Shown in pieces: positions 26,762-57,906 of a stretch of 64,000 nt of DNA. The translations under genes and the position numbers were made by a program. The first letter of the stretch is position 1; every line of letters starts with the position of its first letter. Below the pieces are notes generated by a model. That model did not search any database, was not told where the DNA came from, and saw only the letters and a list, made by a program, of their open reading frames with translations. The DNA comes from Macrostomum lignano. Its lineage: Eukaryota. The stretch is from positions 1 through 64,000 of the forward strand of contig NIVC01000008.1 of NCBI GenBank assembly GCA_002269645.1, written 5' to 3'.

Positions 26762-29071
26762 TTAAATAAGAAATATATGGCAGACCATCACGACAAAAGT
26801 CGAGTTAAATCTGCAATGCATCGCTCGAACAATCGAATTACTGACGCCGCCGTCAAGACCGCCGAAGCGGGTTAGCCACGACAGCCGACTGTCTCTGTAG
26901 CTGTCCGCTTGCTCGCCAACGGTGACCAAGATGACCGCCTTCCGATGGCGTCGGCCGCTGCCAATCAATCCAATATTTTCCAACGCCTTCAGAGCGTCCA
27001 CAACGAGAGTTGCAGCGATGCTTCGACCTTCCAGTGGACTGCAGCTGTCGGCAAGGCGTCGCTCTAGAATAGCGGAAAAGTCAGCCATGGCGGCGTCAGT
27101 CGCGGCCGCAACAGCCGCATAGGACATTGCGTCCACAACCTGCTTGAGCAGCTGGCTGCGCAGCCGAGGTCCGGGATCGTTGTCCAGCAGGTCTGCTTCA
27201 GCAACTCGGTCCAAGGACTCTAAGGACTCCGAAGCAACATAATGCGACTGACGCTGCAGTATCCGCCGATAGAGTTGCGACAGTTTGTGCGAGTCATCTT
27301 CTGCAGATAGCACTCGATCCGAGTGTGCGGCTGCGGCAGTGGTTAAATAGCGGTTTTGAGAGCTGAACTTTTCCAATGCTGCTTCGAGAAATATTGCGTC
27401 TGAACGATCGCGCTGACAATCAGCTTCCAAAGCTGTTCTTTCCTGACAAGTAGCTTCCGACGCTGCTCTTTCCTCACAAGTAGCTTCCGACGTTGTTCTA
27501 TCCTCACAAGTAGCTTCCGACGCTGCTCTTTCCTCACAAGTAGCTTCCGACGTTGTTCTTTCCTCACAAGTAGCTTCCGACGTTGTTCTTTCCTCACAAG
27601 TAGCTTCCGACGTTGTTCTTTCCTGACAAGTAGCTTCCGACGTTGTTCTTTCCTCACAAGTAGCTTCTGACGCTGCTCTTTCCTGACAAGTAGCTTCCGA
27701 CGTTGTTCTTTCCTCACAAGTAGCTTCCGACGTTGTTCTATCCTCACAAGTAGCTTCCGACGCTGCTCTTTCCTGACAAGTAGCTTCCGACGTTGTTCTT
27801 TCCTCACAAGTAGCTTCCGACGTTGTTCTTTCCTCACAAGTAGCTTCCGACGTTGTTCTTTCCTCACAAGTAGCTTCCGACGTTGTTCTTTCCTCACAAG
27901 TAGCTTCCGACGTTGTTCTATCCTCACAAGTAGCTTCCGACGTTGTTCTTTCCTCACAAGTAGCTTCCGACGTTGTTCTTTCCTCACAAGTAGCTTCCGA
28001 CGTTGTTCTTTCCTGACAAGTAGCTTCCGACGTTGTTCTTTCCTCACAAGTAGCTTCTGACGCTGCTCTTTCCTGACAAGTAGCTTCCGACGTTGTTCTT
28101 TCCTCACAAGTAGCTTCCGACGTTGTTCTATCCTCACAAGTAGCTTCCGACGCTGCTCTTTCCTGACAAGTAGCTTCCGACGTTGTTCTTTCCTCACAAG
28201 TAGCTTCCGACGTTGTTCTTTCCTCACAAGTAGCTTCCGACGTTGTTCTTTCCTCACAAGTAGCTTCCGACGTTGTTCTTTCCTCACAAGTAGCTTCCGA
28301 CGTTGTTCTTTCCTCACAAGTAGCTTCCGACGCTGCTCTTTCCTGACAAGTAGCTTCCGACGTTGTTCTTTCCTCACAAGTAGCTTCCGACGTTGTTCTT
28401 TCCTCACAAGTAGCTTCCGACGTTGTTCTTTCCTCACAAGTAGCTTCCGACGTTGTTCTTTCCTCACAAGTAGCTTCCGACGTTGTTCTTTCCTGACAAG
28501 TAGCTTCCGACGTTGTTCTTTCCTCACAAGTAGCTTCTGACGCTGCTCTTTCCTGACAAGTAGCTTCCGACGTTGTTCTTTCCTCACAAGTAGCTTCCGA
28601 CGTTGTTCTATCCTCACAAGTAGCTTCCGACGCTGCTCTTTCCTGCCAAGTAGCTTCCGTCGACGCTGTTCTTTCCTGACAATCATCTTCCGACGCTGCT
28701 CTTTCCTGACAAGTAGCTTCTGACGCTGCTCTTTCCTGACAAGTAGCTTCCGTCGACGCTGTTCTTTCCTGACAATCATCTTCCGACGCTGCTCTTTCCT
28801 GACAAGTAGCTTCCGACGTTGTTCTTTCCTCACAAGTATCTTCCGACACAGGTTTGTCCTGAAAAATAGCATCCGATGCTGTTTTGCTCTGACAAACCTC
28901 TGACACAGTTCTTTCTTGACAAGCAGCTGAATCTGAAGCGCATTCGCCTTGGCTCGCAGCTTCAGAATCTTTTGCCAGCGCCAGCAGGTAGTCAGCAGGC
29001 GGCGACAGCTGTCGTGATGAAGAGGACGGCTGTAGAACATCATCCACGCAGTCAGCTCGATGGCCAGGCAT
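26762..29071 (-). CDS. Tctex-1 (dynein light chain)-domain protein with about 50 in-frame EERTTSEATC repeats
   Basis: Single long ORF, first ATG near 29071 (MPGHRADC). Unique N-terminus, 30-bp repeat block, and C-terminal RHRKAVILVTVGEQ...SRLSW...D...FNSTFVVMVCHIF resembling the Tctex-1 motif. Confidence 0.72.
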   Translation of the reverse strand: MPGHRADCVDDVLQPSSSSRQLSPPADYLLALAKDSEAASQGECASDSAACQERTVSEVCQSKTASDAIFQDKPVSEDTCEERTTSEATCQERAASEDDCQERTASTEATCQERAASEATCQERAASEDDCQERTASTEATWQERAASEATCEDRTTSEATCEERTTSEATCQERAASEATCEERTTSEATCQERTTSEATCEERTTSEATCEERTTSEATCEERTTSEATCEERTTSEATCQERAASEATCEERTTSEATCEERTTSEATCEERTTSEATCEERTTSEATCEERTTSEATCQERAASEATCEDRTTSEATCEERTTSEATCQERAASEATCEERTTSEATCQERTTSEATCEERTTSEATCEERTTSEATCEDRTTSEATCEERTTSEATCEERTTSEATCEERTTSEATCEERTTSEATCQERAASEATCEDRTTSEATCEERTTSEATCQERAASEATCEERTTSEATCQERTTSEATCEERTTSEATCEERTTSEATCEERAASEATCEDRTTSEATCEERAASEATCQERTALEADCQRDRSDAIFLEAALEKFSSQNRYLTTAAAAHSDRVLSAEDDSHKLSQLYRRILQRQSHYVASESLESLDRVAEADLLDNDPGPRLRSQLLKQVVDAMSYAAVAAATDAAMADFSAILERRLADSCSPLEGRSIAATLVVDALKALENIGLIGSGRRHRKAVILVTVGEQADSYRDSRLSWLTRFGGLDGGVSNSIVRAMHCRFNSTFVVMVCHIFLI
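27420..28930. repeat. 30-bp coding minisatellite
   Basis: (TAGCTTCCGACGTTGTTCTTTCCTCACAAG)n, degenerate at both ends. Confidence 0.97.
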
Positions 29072-29737
29072 TTCGTCTCTTTTGTGGCTTATCAATTGTA
29101 GGCGGTGGCCTAACTCAATCTAGTTAAAGTGCCTTTGAGCGACTCTTTAATAAAACGCGGTTTCTTTGAAGAATTTTCATTTACAGTATACTGTTTGGCC
29201 TTTGCAGCCAGCTATCTCTTTCAACAAAATCTGCACTTGTTCGCGTAAATAAATTAAACTTCGTATCACTTGGACTCAACAGTTTCATCTCCAACCTCCC
29301 CCAGTAGCTCTGCCTATTGTATTTTTATCGCTCTCTGGCATCTTTTCACCAAGTTGAAGCGCTACAGTTTAAAAGGCCTTTGAACAGACATTCATTGGCA
29401 TTAATAACCAGTTCTTCATACTTCGAGAATTTAAAGTGCCAGCACAAGCCCTCAGCCAAGCCAGCTTCCAACTGGGACTGCAATACAAACACAATATCTT
29501 ATTAATGAAACATTAATAAAATGCGGGTCAGCTGAAAAATGGAAGCAGCCATGAATGATTTTCAAGCCAGAAGAAGCAAATAGCATCCAAGCCATGCCTT
29601 CTAACAATAACTGGAGGCCCGTGTGCGCGATATTCTCTAAGCCATTGTAAAGTACATGTACTTTATAGATATAAAAAGCCAGTTATTAACTAATAAAACA
29701 AGTATCTATCAGGCCATACCGTAGGCTAAAACAGTGT

Positions 29738-30082
29738 CCCGTCCGGTTCTTGCCTGGTACTGTCCGGTTATTATCTGATACTGTCCGGTTATTATCTGAT
29801 ACTGTCCGGTTCTTGCCTGGTACTGTCCTGTTCTTATACGGTACTGTCCGGTTCTTATATGGTACTGTCCAATTCTTATCTGATACTGTCCGGTTCTTAT
29901 ATGGTACCGTCCGGTTCTTATATGGTACTGTCCGGTTCTTATATGGTACTGTCCGGTTCTTATATGATACTGTCCGGTTCTTATATGGTACTGTCCGGTT
30001 CTTACATGGTACTGTCCGGTTATTATCTGATACTGTCCGGTTATTATCTGATACTGTCCGGTTCTTATATGGTACTGTCCGG
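29738..30082. repeat. 21-bp minisatellite (GTCCGGTTCTTATATGGTACT)n
   Basis: Direct. Confidence 0.93.
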
Positions 30083-31074
30083 TTCCGGTTGACAGAATGT
30101 ACACGGAATGCTCAATCAAGCATATCAATCTAATAATGTAGAAATTTGAGAATTTTCATAAATTCTATTTCTGTACTACTGAGAATGTTCACAACATAAG
30201 TAGGCTGTGCGAATTTTAATTCTTTCTGTACTAGGAACCATTATTATTGAGCTGCCATGATCCCATTAAGATCTCCCTGCTAGGTATAAATCACACAGTC
30301 TGTAAGGCTTCAAAAGGATTGAACAAGCTCATACAGGTAGAAAAAAACATTTTTTACTATACGAGCATACATATACTTGCTAAAATTTTCGTTCACATGT
30401 AGCAATCAGTTACGATAGTAACGCAGTAACGCAGTTATCAAGTTAGCAGAAATAGTGAATTAATTAAATAGCCATAACAGGAAACAGCTTGAAGTTTTTC
30501 TTCTAGAAGAGACGCAGCATTGAATTGATAGAGAAAGAAAGTCTAAACTAAAGCTGGCTTCATCTAAACACAAATTACGTATTAATTAACTATTGGCTCC
30601 TCTGAATAAAGCGCCAACCGATAGAATAACGCGCAAAAACTTCAGACTGATTTTTCCTAACATTACATATGCTTACCGTATTGCTCATAAATTATTAATA
30701 AGCTATCGCAAATAATTTCATTTAAGAGAAATTCAGCTAATCAACCAATTCAGGAAAGCTTCTATCTTTACGCCTTTACGTACTAAAACATAGAAAAACA
30801 TTTTCTTGACGGGATGCTACTCACCAGTTAAGTAGGCAGTGACGAGCATTCGAGTTCGTTTTTATAGGAATATAAATCCAATAGTCAGCATACGGTAAGA
30901 TAGGAAGGAGCAGCGTGCGAGCCAGTGAGAGACAGGCAAAAAACAGATCACAATTGGTTTGGTGCCAGCGGTTCCTTGCTATTCGTAGGTGTGTGTAAAG
31001 AAAAACAGAAATTGTTGTTAGTTCCGCCTCAGCCACCCCTAGGTCCGGGACTCGAGCCTGCCCGAGCGCCCAAC

Positions 31075-36085
<5,011 letters not shown>

Positions 36086-37681
36086 TCTCGTTAATTAATC
36101 AACACTAACTTTATTTATACAAATTGCAAACGAGTTAAATTGATTGTTCAGAATGCGATTATTTATTGATAACTTATCCCCACTGTGGCACTAATTTGGA
36201 ATTTCACTTAATTCAACGTTGTCTACAAGGAAAGCTCAAATTATTAAGATTAATAGACTAGCAATATCAAGTACAACTAACTGTAATTAATATTTAATTA
36301 AGTAATCAGAGTATACTGTACTGTATCTACGAATGTTTGAAGTCAGAAAGTAAAAGTGAAAGCAAAAAATTTCCGTGAAACGATGTTTTATTTAAATAGT
36401 TTTTCATCTGCAATAACAAACTCAAAGAATATAAAAGACAACTTGTTTTCATAGGTTTAAAGTCGTTTATCTCTCCTGACAAAATACGAAAAATTAAACA
36501 CAGTTAATAATTTATTGCACTTTTTGGATTGTCAAGGCGACAATTTTAACACTGAATAAGCCACGAACCCCGGCGGCCCCCCCCCCCCGAATCAGGGACC
36601 CTTCATTCCTGCTCTAGTAGTCGTTAGCGATAGAAAAGTAATAAGTATTATAAGTAAACTATCGAAATTAAAGGCATTGTCCAAAATACAATTGAGGCAT
36701 AAGTTTAGTGTGAATGCCTAATTGTGTTCAATTTATAAGGGATGTTATCATTTCCGTTATGCGTATCGTTAGCTCGATCGCGGACACCTGCAATGCTTTT
36801 TAGCCGCACCAACAGTTAACGATAATGCAGTTAAAGCGTAAAAGCTTTACTTAAAGCGTCAAGGTTGTCTAAATGGTTTGTTTGTGAATCCTTTTGATTT
36901 TGTGCTGGCATTTCATTCTATTAGAGAACTCGTACTGCATGTATGCAATATTTGCAAAACGCAAACTTTTTTCCATGGATTAGCGGTATACATGTAGTCC
37001 CCTAACGCTAATTTTCAAATAATTTTTGTAGCGGACCACATTAGCAGACCGCAAAGTCCAATTTAGCGGAAGTGTACCGCGCAATCCAATAAAGTCCGAT
37101 AGTTTCATTTTTCAGCATATTCCCATGCTTGAATTGGGGATGGGGATGGGGCAGCTGAGATGCCCGAAAAGCCGTCTTTTCCGCACTATTTTAAAATTCC
37201 GACGCACAACGTCAGAAGTACCCACTTGAATATTGCCGGCGACTTTGATGACGTCGTAAACATTAGCTGTTGTCGTCGCTGACGTCGGACTGTATACATG
37301 TATCATTCAATGTGCATGTGACGTTAGAGAAAATTCTTTACTTTTTTATAATAATCATAGCTATACACTGTATGGTCCCGGGGCCATACCGTGAATTCAA
37401 TTAAGTGTAACAATGTACTGTTTTAAGGTTTGTTTAAAACAAAATAAAATAAAAAATCCTTTTCTATCAATAATTACAGCTCAGAGCTATTTCTATCGAG
37501 CATCAATGAGATGAAATAATTGTCATTTTCTTGTGCGTTTATCTTTAATATCTTTAATAGAAAAATGAGATTAGCAGCTCAAAAATGGCGTTTGCAACCT
37601 TAAAATGTGCGTATTGCGGCATCATGCAATGAGGTGGCTAGATATTCTGGTAATCAATTTAATTAATACTTGTCCAGCGCA

Positions 37682-40437
37682 TCACACCAGGCAGGTGAGC
37701 ACGGCAGGGTGGTTTCGGTCGCAGATGCACAGCATCCTTTGACCTTCGTGGAGGCAGAGGCAGCAGTGGATTGGGTTGCGCCGGCTCCCGCCCTGCCACA
37801 GCAGCCGCGTGGTCTCGAGGACCAGCTGGCACCCGGGCTCAGCCAGGTAGCCATCCAGGCAGCCGCCGCCGCTTTCGTTGGTTACCTTGACAACCAGGAC
37901 GCGCGGCCCGTCCCAGATGACCAGCGGCGGGTCGATGGACTCGAAGTCTACGGCGCAATTTGCATTCAGACGCAGTGTCTGGCCCTCCACGAGGCCGAAA
38001 AGGCTCAGACAGAACGCCGGCTGCGACTTGGAGTGCAGCACCGCCAGCTGCTGGGTGGAGCCGCTCCAGCCGGCCGCCACGGCCGCGCCCAGGCCGAGCT
38101 GGTGGCTGCCGATCTGCCTGCCGCGCAGGTCCATGATGAGGAGTCCCTGGCCGGGACAGCACAGGAACACCAGTCCGGGCGGATCGGCCACGGCCATGTC
38201 CATGGGCTCCAAGCTGGCCAGGTTCAGCGTTCGCGTGGCCGAGGTGAAAGGCTCGGCCGGCCGGCCACGCCTGTCCACAAGGAAAGGCCGGGTGCTGTGC
38301 CTGCTGCCGTAGCTCAGCACGAGGAGGCGCTGAGACTGCGGACACCAGGCCAGCCTGTAGGGGTTCACCTCCTGGCCGATGTTGAAGCTGAAGGCGCCAA
38401 CCAGGCGACCGCGGGCCGTGTAGATGTTCACCTGGTTGGGCCGATCGTCTTCGAACTCTTCTGCAATGTAGAGAAGATTCTCTGGCGGACCGCCGAATGC
38501 GATCGACACGGGACAGCCGCTGGTGGTGATCTGCGTTGGTTGCGGCGGCGGCGGCTGGTTGGCTGGCCGGTTTTTCTGCCTGTGGTACTCTTGATCCGGC
38601 TTGTAGCTTTCGTCGAAGAAACCGCGACGCAAAGCGGTGACGGCGCTCGGCGACCAATAGCGCGGCTGCTCGGACTCGTCGGGTGGGACTCGGGCTGAGG
38701 TCGCTGTCGGCGGGTCTCCAGCATGCTGGCGCGCGGTCCGCCAGGAGGCGCAGGGGAGCGCCGCTTGGTGCGCGGTGCCTCTGGGGCTGGCTGGCCCATC
38801 CGAAGAGGACTCCGAGGCGGGCAGCGAGTAGTACTCGGACTCCCCTGTTGAACCCTTCACGCTGCTTGGCGGAACGGAGAGCTGGGCGGAAGTGGCGGCT
38901 GCAGTGGATTGGAGGATTTTACGACTGACTATTTCTTTTGGCTTTGCAGCCGCGAGATCCGATAATTAACGCGGTTCGCGTCTGGAAACTTTTGCTATAG
39001 AGATGTATTTATGTATCAGTAACCTGTGTGCGGGTACCCTGTGATCTTGTCCATGCTTAGGGGTTACACTCCTGCCTCCCGCATTCTGCAGGTCAAGACT
39101 GGCGGGAATTCTGCGCCCTCGATTTGCCTCTGGCAGCCGTAGACTCCCCACGCTGTCTCGGTCGCTAGCGGTCCCCCTACTGGTATCGGGCCAGCCTTGT
39201 GGGTTTTTTTGGCCCACTGCCAAGTCAGATGGAGCGGCTGGGCGGGTGCTGCGCCCCTTTGAGGGTAGCCTACCGACCGTTATCATGGCCTTCGAGCCGA
39301 CTATGGATGAAAACCATTTAACTAGAGCTAGGTCAAGGTTTGCGGCAAAGATTAAGCAACTCAAGTGACAAATCGCTGAGCATTTTATTCAGCTCATGGG
39401 CTACCTTCGAGCCACCTGCATGAACTCTCCATTCCAGAGAGAAACATGGCTGCTGGCGACACTGGGGGACCTCCCTGGGCGGCGCCAACCCTTCGTTCCT
39501 AGCCTCGGGCAGGCCGTTCAGGGATTAGCAGTGTCCCTCCCGGGACCGCTCTGCAGCTAAGTCAGTTAAGCCAGAGTAGCCACTCACAACTGGCCGGCCC
39601 TGGTGGCATTGTCTTCAGCCAGGCCTCAAAATCAGCCTGCCACCTGTGTTGGCACAGTCGCAGCTGCTCCACCGCTTCTGCTACCGCTGATTCCTCGGCA
39701 CCGCCTGCGTCCGTGACAGCTTCGGCCGCGTCGGAACCGGCGCCATCCTCGAGCCCCAGGGCAGCGGTTGCCGACTCGAGCAGTTGCAGCAGGTCGACGT
39801 CGCTCGGCTCGGAGTCATCACCGAGACGGCCAACCAGAGCGTCACGGGTGACTCGCAACTCGCCAATCCGCTTGTCCAGCAGCCGTCGGCAGTTTCTCTC
39901 CAGGAGCTCCGCTTCGGAGAGACGCTGACGACGCTGGGCTGTCAGGACGTCCTCCAGCCAGCGGAAGGTGCCCTCTAGCGCCCGACGGCGGTCCTGCATG
40001 TCGCGTAGTAGACGCTCGCGCGTGGCCTCCAAAGCTCTGCGACGTCTCTGAAGCTGATGGGCGCGGTTGGCCAGCTGTTGATGAAGTTGCTGCTGTCTTT
40101 GCTTCTGCTGCTGCTGCTGCCTGTGCTGCTGCTGACCGTGGACAGCCGTGTAGGAGCTGCCGAATGGTGCCAGACCTGAGGGACCCCTGAGGGGAAGAAG
40201 GGGATTTTTCGGCGGTCAGAATCGGTTTATCTGAAGTGATTGAGTAGAATAATGGAGCATTTCGATTCTTAGAAACTTATTGGAGGCTGACTTTATGAAT
40301 AAAAATACACTAGAGATACAAAATCCACACGAATTTCTCTCCGTTCCCAGACTTTGACTCGATCGCATAGAAATATAAAGCTACCTTGTTGGTGAGGGCT
40401 GCTGCTGCTGCGGGAGGCTCTTTCGACGTCCAGACAT
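37682..40437 (-). CDS. Gln-rich coiled-coil plus C-terminal NHL/beta-propeller-like protein, 622 aa; exons (minus) 40437-40385, 40186-39588, 38898-37682
   Basis: GT-AG introns in phases 2/1 join three ORF segments (1869 nt). Coiled coil LEATRERLL...; propeller-like blades LYIAEE...VNIYTARG, PYRLAW and PMDMAVAD. Confidence 0.75.
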
Positions 40438-41024
40438 GGCGTATGGGTGCAGTGAGGCGTCACAGTCTAGAATTCAGCTACACAGTGCAACAATACTTTG
40501 GCTCAGGCCGAATGCGAGCCTGCCAAACGCAAGCAAGCCTATAAGCTATAATTCATTTCTTCAGCGGAAGTTCAGACTTCTGGTGCGAACAGTTCTATTT
40601 CTAAAGCTTCTAGGCCAAAATTGTCTCCAGCAACCAAGCCAGAAAGATTTCAATCTTTAAAGACAATTTAATTCTGGAATAGAGAAGATAGCAGTTGCTG
40701 TCTTCTTTACCCAACGGGCTTTTAGGTGGCCGGCAGTAGGCAGTAGTGTATACATGCAGTACATGCACGCAGTCGCAGGCAAATGCGCTGACACACACAC
40801 ACACACACACACAGAGTGTAGGTTTTATTACCTATTTCGAGTTTTATTACCAATTCGAAAGCAAAATGGTTTGACTTGAAATTTGTGAGAAAAATAATTC
40901 AGAATTTTTATCATTATTCGAATCCTGAAAAGCTTACGGTAAAAAATTACGGTCATTAAAGAAAACTTACTGCATCTTAATGGGTGCTAATCTTGCCAAA
41001 TCGTTGTTGCTTATGAATAGCCTG

Positions 41025-41698
41025 CAGTTGGTCATCACCCTAACAGTGTATTAGTTGGTCATCACCCACTCTAAAAAGTGTATTAGTTGGTCATCACCCA
41101 CTCTAAACAGTGTATTAGTTGGTCATCACCCACTCTAAACAGTGTATTAGTTGGTCATCACCCACTCTAAACAGTGTATTAGTTGGTCATCACCCACTCT
41201 AAACAGTGTTTAGTTGGTCATCACCCACTCTAAACAGTGTTTAGTTGGTCATCACCCACTCTAAACAGTGTTTAGTTGGTCATCACCCACTCTAAACAGT
41301 GTATTAGTTGGTCATCACCCACTCTAAAAAGTGTATTAGTTGGTCATCACGCACTCTAAAAAGTGTATTAGTTGGTCATCACCCACTCTAAACAGTGTAT
41401 TAGTTGGTCATCACCCACTCTAAACAGTGTATTAGTTGGTCATCACCCACTCTAAACAGTGTTTAGTTGGTCATCACCCACTCTAAACAGTGTTTAGTTG
41501 GTCATCACCCACTCTAAACAGTGTTTAGTTGGTCATCACCCACTCTAAACAGTGTATTAGTTGGTCATCACCCACTCTAAAAAGTGTATTAGTTGGTCAT
41601 CACCCACTCTAAACAGTGTTTAGTTGGTCATCACCCACTCTAAACAGTGTATTAGTTGGTCATCACCCACTCTAAGCAGTGTATTAGTTGGTCATCAA
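41025..41698. repeat. 32-bp minisatellite (TAAACAGTGTATTAGTTGGTCATCACCCACTC)n
   Basis: Direct, about 21 copies. Confidence 0.96.
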
Positions 41699-41714
41699 CC
41701 ACTACGAATAGTCT

Positions 41715-41790
41715 CTTGTGCTGCTCACAAATAATTTATATTGGTGAAACACGAGACAGATTTAATATGAATCGATTTGGTCACATGCAG
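41715..41790 (+). mobile_element. Possible Penelope-like GIY-YIG endonuclease relic
   Basis: LCCSQIIYIGETRDRFNMNRFGH resembles CxxCxxxYIGETxRxLxxRxxEH. Confidence 0.35.
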
Positions 41791-42723
41791 TTCGGTTCTC
41801 AGCTCGGAGTGCAACAAGCGGGACAGTTAGGCACACTCACATTCTGCTATACAGGCGCACATGCGGCCAGGGCGGCCAGGACTATCAGGGCTACAACTGT
41901 CTTCTTATCACCACAGGCCTCCCAGTGAGAGGTGTGGTGAGAGACCTCGAAGGGAAGTATATTTTTGGACTGGAACGTACGAACTGCCGGCTGAAGCTTT
42001 CCGCATTCCTTGTAAACTTGTTAAATCAAAATCTGCGTGCATGCGCGGAAACTTTGATAAACCGAAGGCTAGAAGTGTTAAGCGAAATGCGACCAATCTT
42101 CTGATATCAAGGATCCTTCAAGTAGACATCGCGCATCTCCTGCCAGAGAAGGCCACCTTGTAGCAGCAAAGCTGGTCACAAGCAGCATAAAAATGTTTCC
42201 AAGGCGAACTGCTAGGGCAGACATTTTCACCGAGTCATTGTCGAGCGACCTACGAAGGTGAGTTCGAGATACGAGTATAATAATTACTACCAACAGCTTA
42301 AAATCTCTAGGTCGCTAAAGTCAAACTGAAACTACTTTCATGTCTGCATCACCTGCAAAACATGCCACGCAACGTTCTACTTGTTAGTAGGCAAACGCGA
42401 TTCAATACTCAATAGCCAGTCGATTCCATATCGAAAGAGTGACTCAGTGCGCTGCTGGCTGCTCACGGGTTGGATCAGATCCGAAGGAAGCGGCAGACAC
42501 AGAAAACTGCTAATTGCGGTACTCAAATAAATAAAGCAAATATATTCTAGCTCGTAATGGGAGGAGCCGCGCATACCCACGACGCTTCCGTTTTCATGGA
42601 AACTGTTTCATAGAAATAGCAAATAAAAGCAACTTCTTCTGCTAGTAGGATCTGCCGCCTCAAGCCAGACCAGCTCAAGAGGCTGGCGAAAGGCGAAAGA
42701 CCCTGCGACCGTCTGTGCCGGGC

Positions 42724-56331
<13,608 letters not shown>

Positions 56332-56394
56332 GGGCAAAGGAACTGCCAAGCCTAGCGTGCTTTTATCTGCTTTTGCTTCACCCTTATACAGCTT

Positions 56395-56790
56395 CCATCT
56401 CACCCTCCTCTAGTTTTAATCTCATCCTTCTGTAGCTTCCATCTCATCCTAATCTATCCATCTCACCCTTCTCTATCCATCTCACCCCCTCTATCAATCT
56501 CACCCTTCCCTATCCCTCACCCTCCTCTATCAATCTCACCCTTCTCTATCCATCTCACCCCCTCTATCAATCTCACCCTTCCCTATCCCTCACCCTCCTC
56601 TATCAATCTCACCCTTCTCTATCCGTCTCACCCTTCTCTATCCGTCTCACCCTTCTCTATCCATCTCACCCTTCTCTATCCATCTCACCCTTCTCTATCC
56701 ATCTCACCCTTCTCTATCCGTCTCACCCTTCTCTATCCATCTCACCCTTCTCTATCCATCTCACTCTCCTGTAGCTTCCGTCTCACTCAA
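56395..56790. repeat. 19-bp minisatellite (CTCACCCTTCTCTATCCAT)n
   Basis: Direct; lies between convergent 3' ends. Confidence 0.9.
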
Positions 56791-57071
56791 ATGTAAAATT
56801 TTTGTAAACGTTTTCCCTGTTTTATCCGTTTGCCATCGAGCACTGCATGCTCATATTAACATTCCGCACCCTCTCGCTCGTAATATCGATACTGATTGTT
56901 TTGATTGAAAACCAAGTTCATCTCGCCAAATATATTGAACTGAAAACTAAAGATTTTTTGTAAATTTTCGACCTGTTTAAAATTGATAGATTGACAGAAT
57001 TCTATTAAACGACAATTAGTATTTGCAGAATGAATTTCAGAATCAATTTTCTTCTAGAAGAAGGTGCTTCA

Positions 57072-57906
57072 TCACGGGCAAATCTCAGCCGCCAGCTGCT
57101 GGTCCCTGCCGCACAGGATCGCCAGCTCCTGATTGGCTATGAAGGTGAGGATGAAGTTGAATAGTAGCGCCTCGATGTACAGCTGGTTTTCGAAGCCGCG
57201 GAGCGCCTGCGGCGAGAACGGGAAGCTCAACCCAATGTCCTGCAGCTCCTTGCCGTCCTTTGTCTTCGGCGGGAAGACCCGGATGAGCCGCTCCTCCGGG
57301 CCGCTGAACCAGGCGGCGGTGTACACCGCGGCTTCCGACTGGTCCAACATCGGCATCTCCCAGCGGGGCGGCCGGATGATCACGAAGGCCAGCTTGTAGG
57401 GCGGCTGCAGGTTGTAGCTGACGGCGGGGTGTTCGGGGTTTGTGTGGGTGTGCAGTGAGTGGGGTGGTTGTACGGGGAGTGGGTTGGTTGTGTGGGGAGT
57501 GGGGTGGGTGTGCAGTGAGTAGAGTGGATGTGCGGTGAGTGGGGTGGGTGTGCGGGGAGTGGGGTGGGTGTGCGGGGAGTGGGTGGGTGTGCGGGGAGTG
57601 GGGTGGATGTGCGGTGAGTGGGGTGGGTGTGCAGAGGGTGGGGTGGGTGTACAGTGAGTGGGGTAGGCTTGCGGGGAGTGCTGCGGCAGTCCAGCAGAAG
57701 CAGTCTCACCGAACATTGTGGCAGATTCTGTGCCAGAGTGGCACCAGAGCCCGCCGGATGTAGGCCACGCTGCAGTCGGCGTAGAAGCCGTTGAGCACGG
57801 CGCAGTAATAATCCTCGAATGTGTGCTGCGTGGGGATATTGACAAAGAACACTCGACGCCTGCGGAACTCGTCAAACATGGACCAGTTCTCCAGGTAGTG
57901 AACCAT
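57072..57906 (-). CDS. Uncharacterised 180-aa protein, possibly with a degenerate RRM; exons (minus) 57906-57710 and 57417-57072
   Basis: Phase-2 GT-AG intron joins two GC3-rich ORF pieces; RRVFFVNIP is RNP2-like and YKLAFVII is RNP1-like. Confidence 0.65.
57435..57665. repeat. ~21-bp G-rich minisatellite (GGGGTGGGTGTGCGGGGAGTG)n in the intron
   Basis: Direct. Confidence 0.88.

Noticed and set aside
27343-29043. 566-aa Arg/Lys-rich overlapping ORF
   Set aside because: Alternate frame of the 30-bp repeat, without a meaningful unique domain
37670-38698. 342-aa + strand ORF
   Set aside because: Antisense shadow of the GC-rich NHL-like exon
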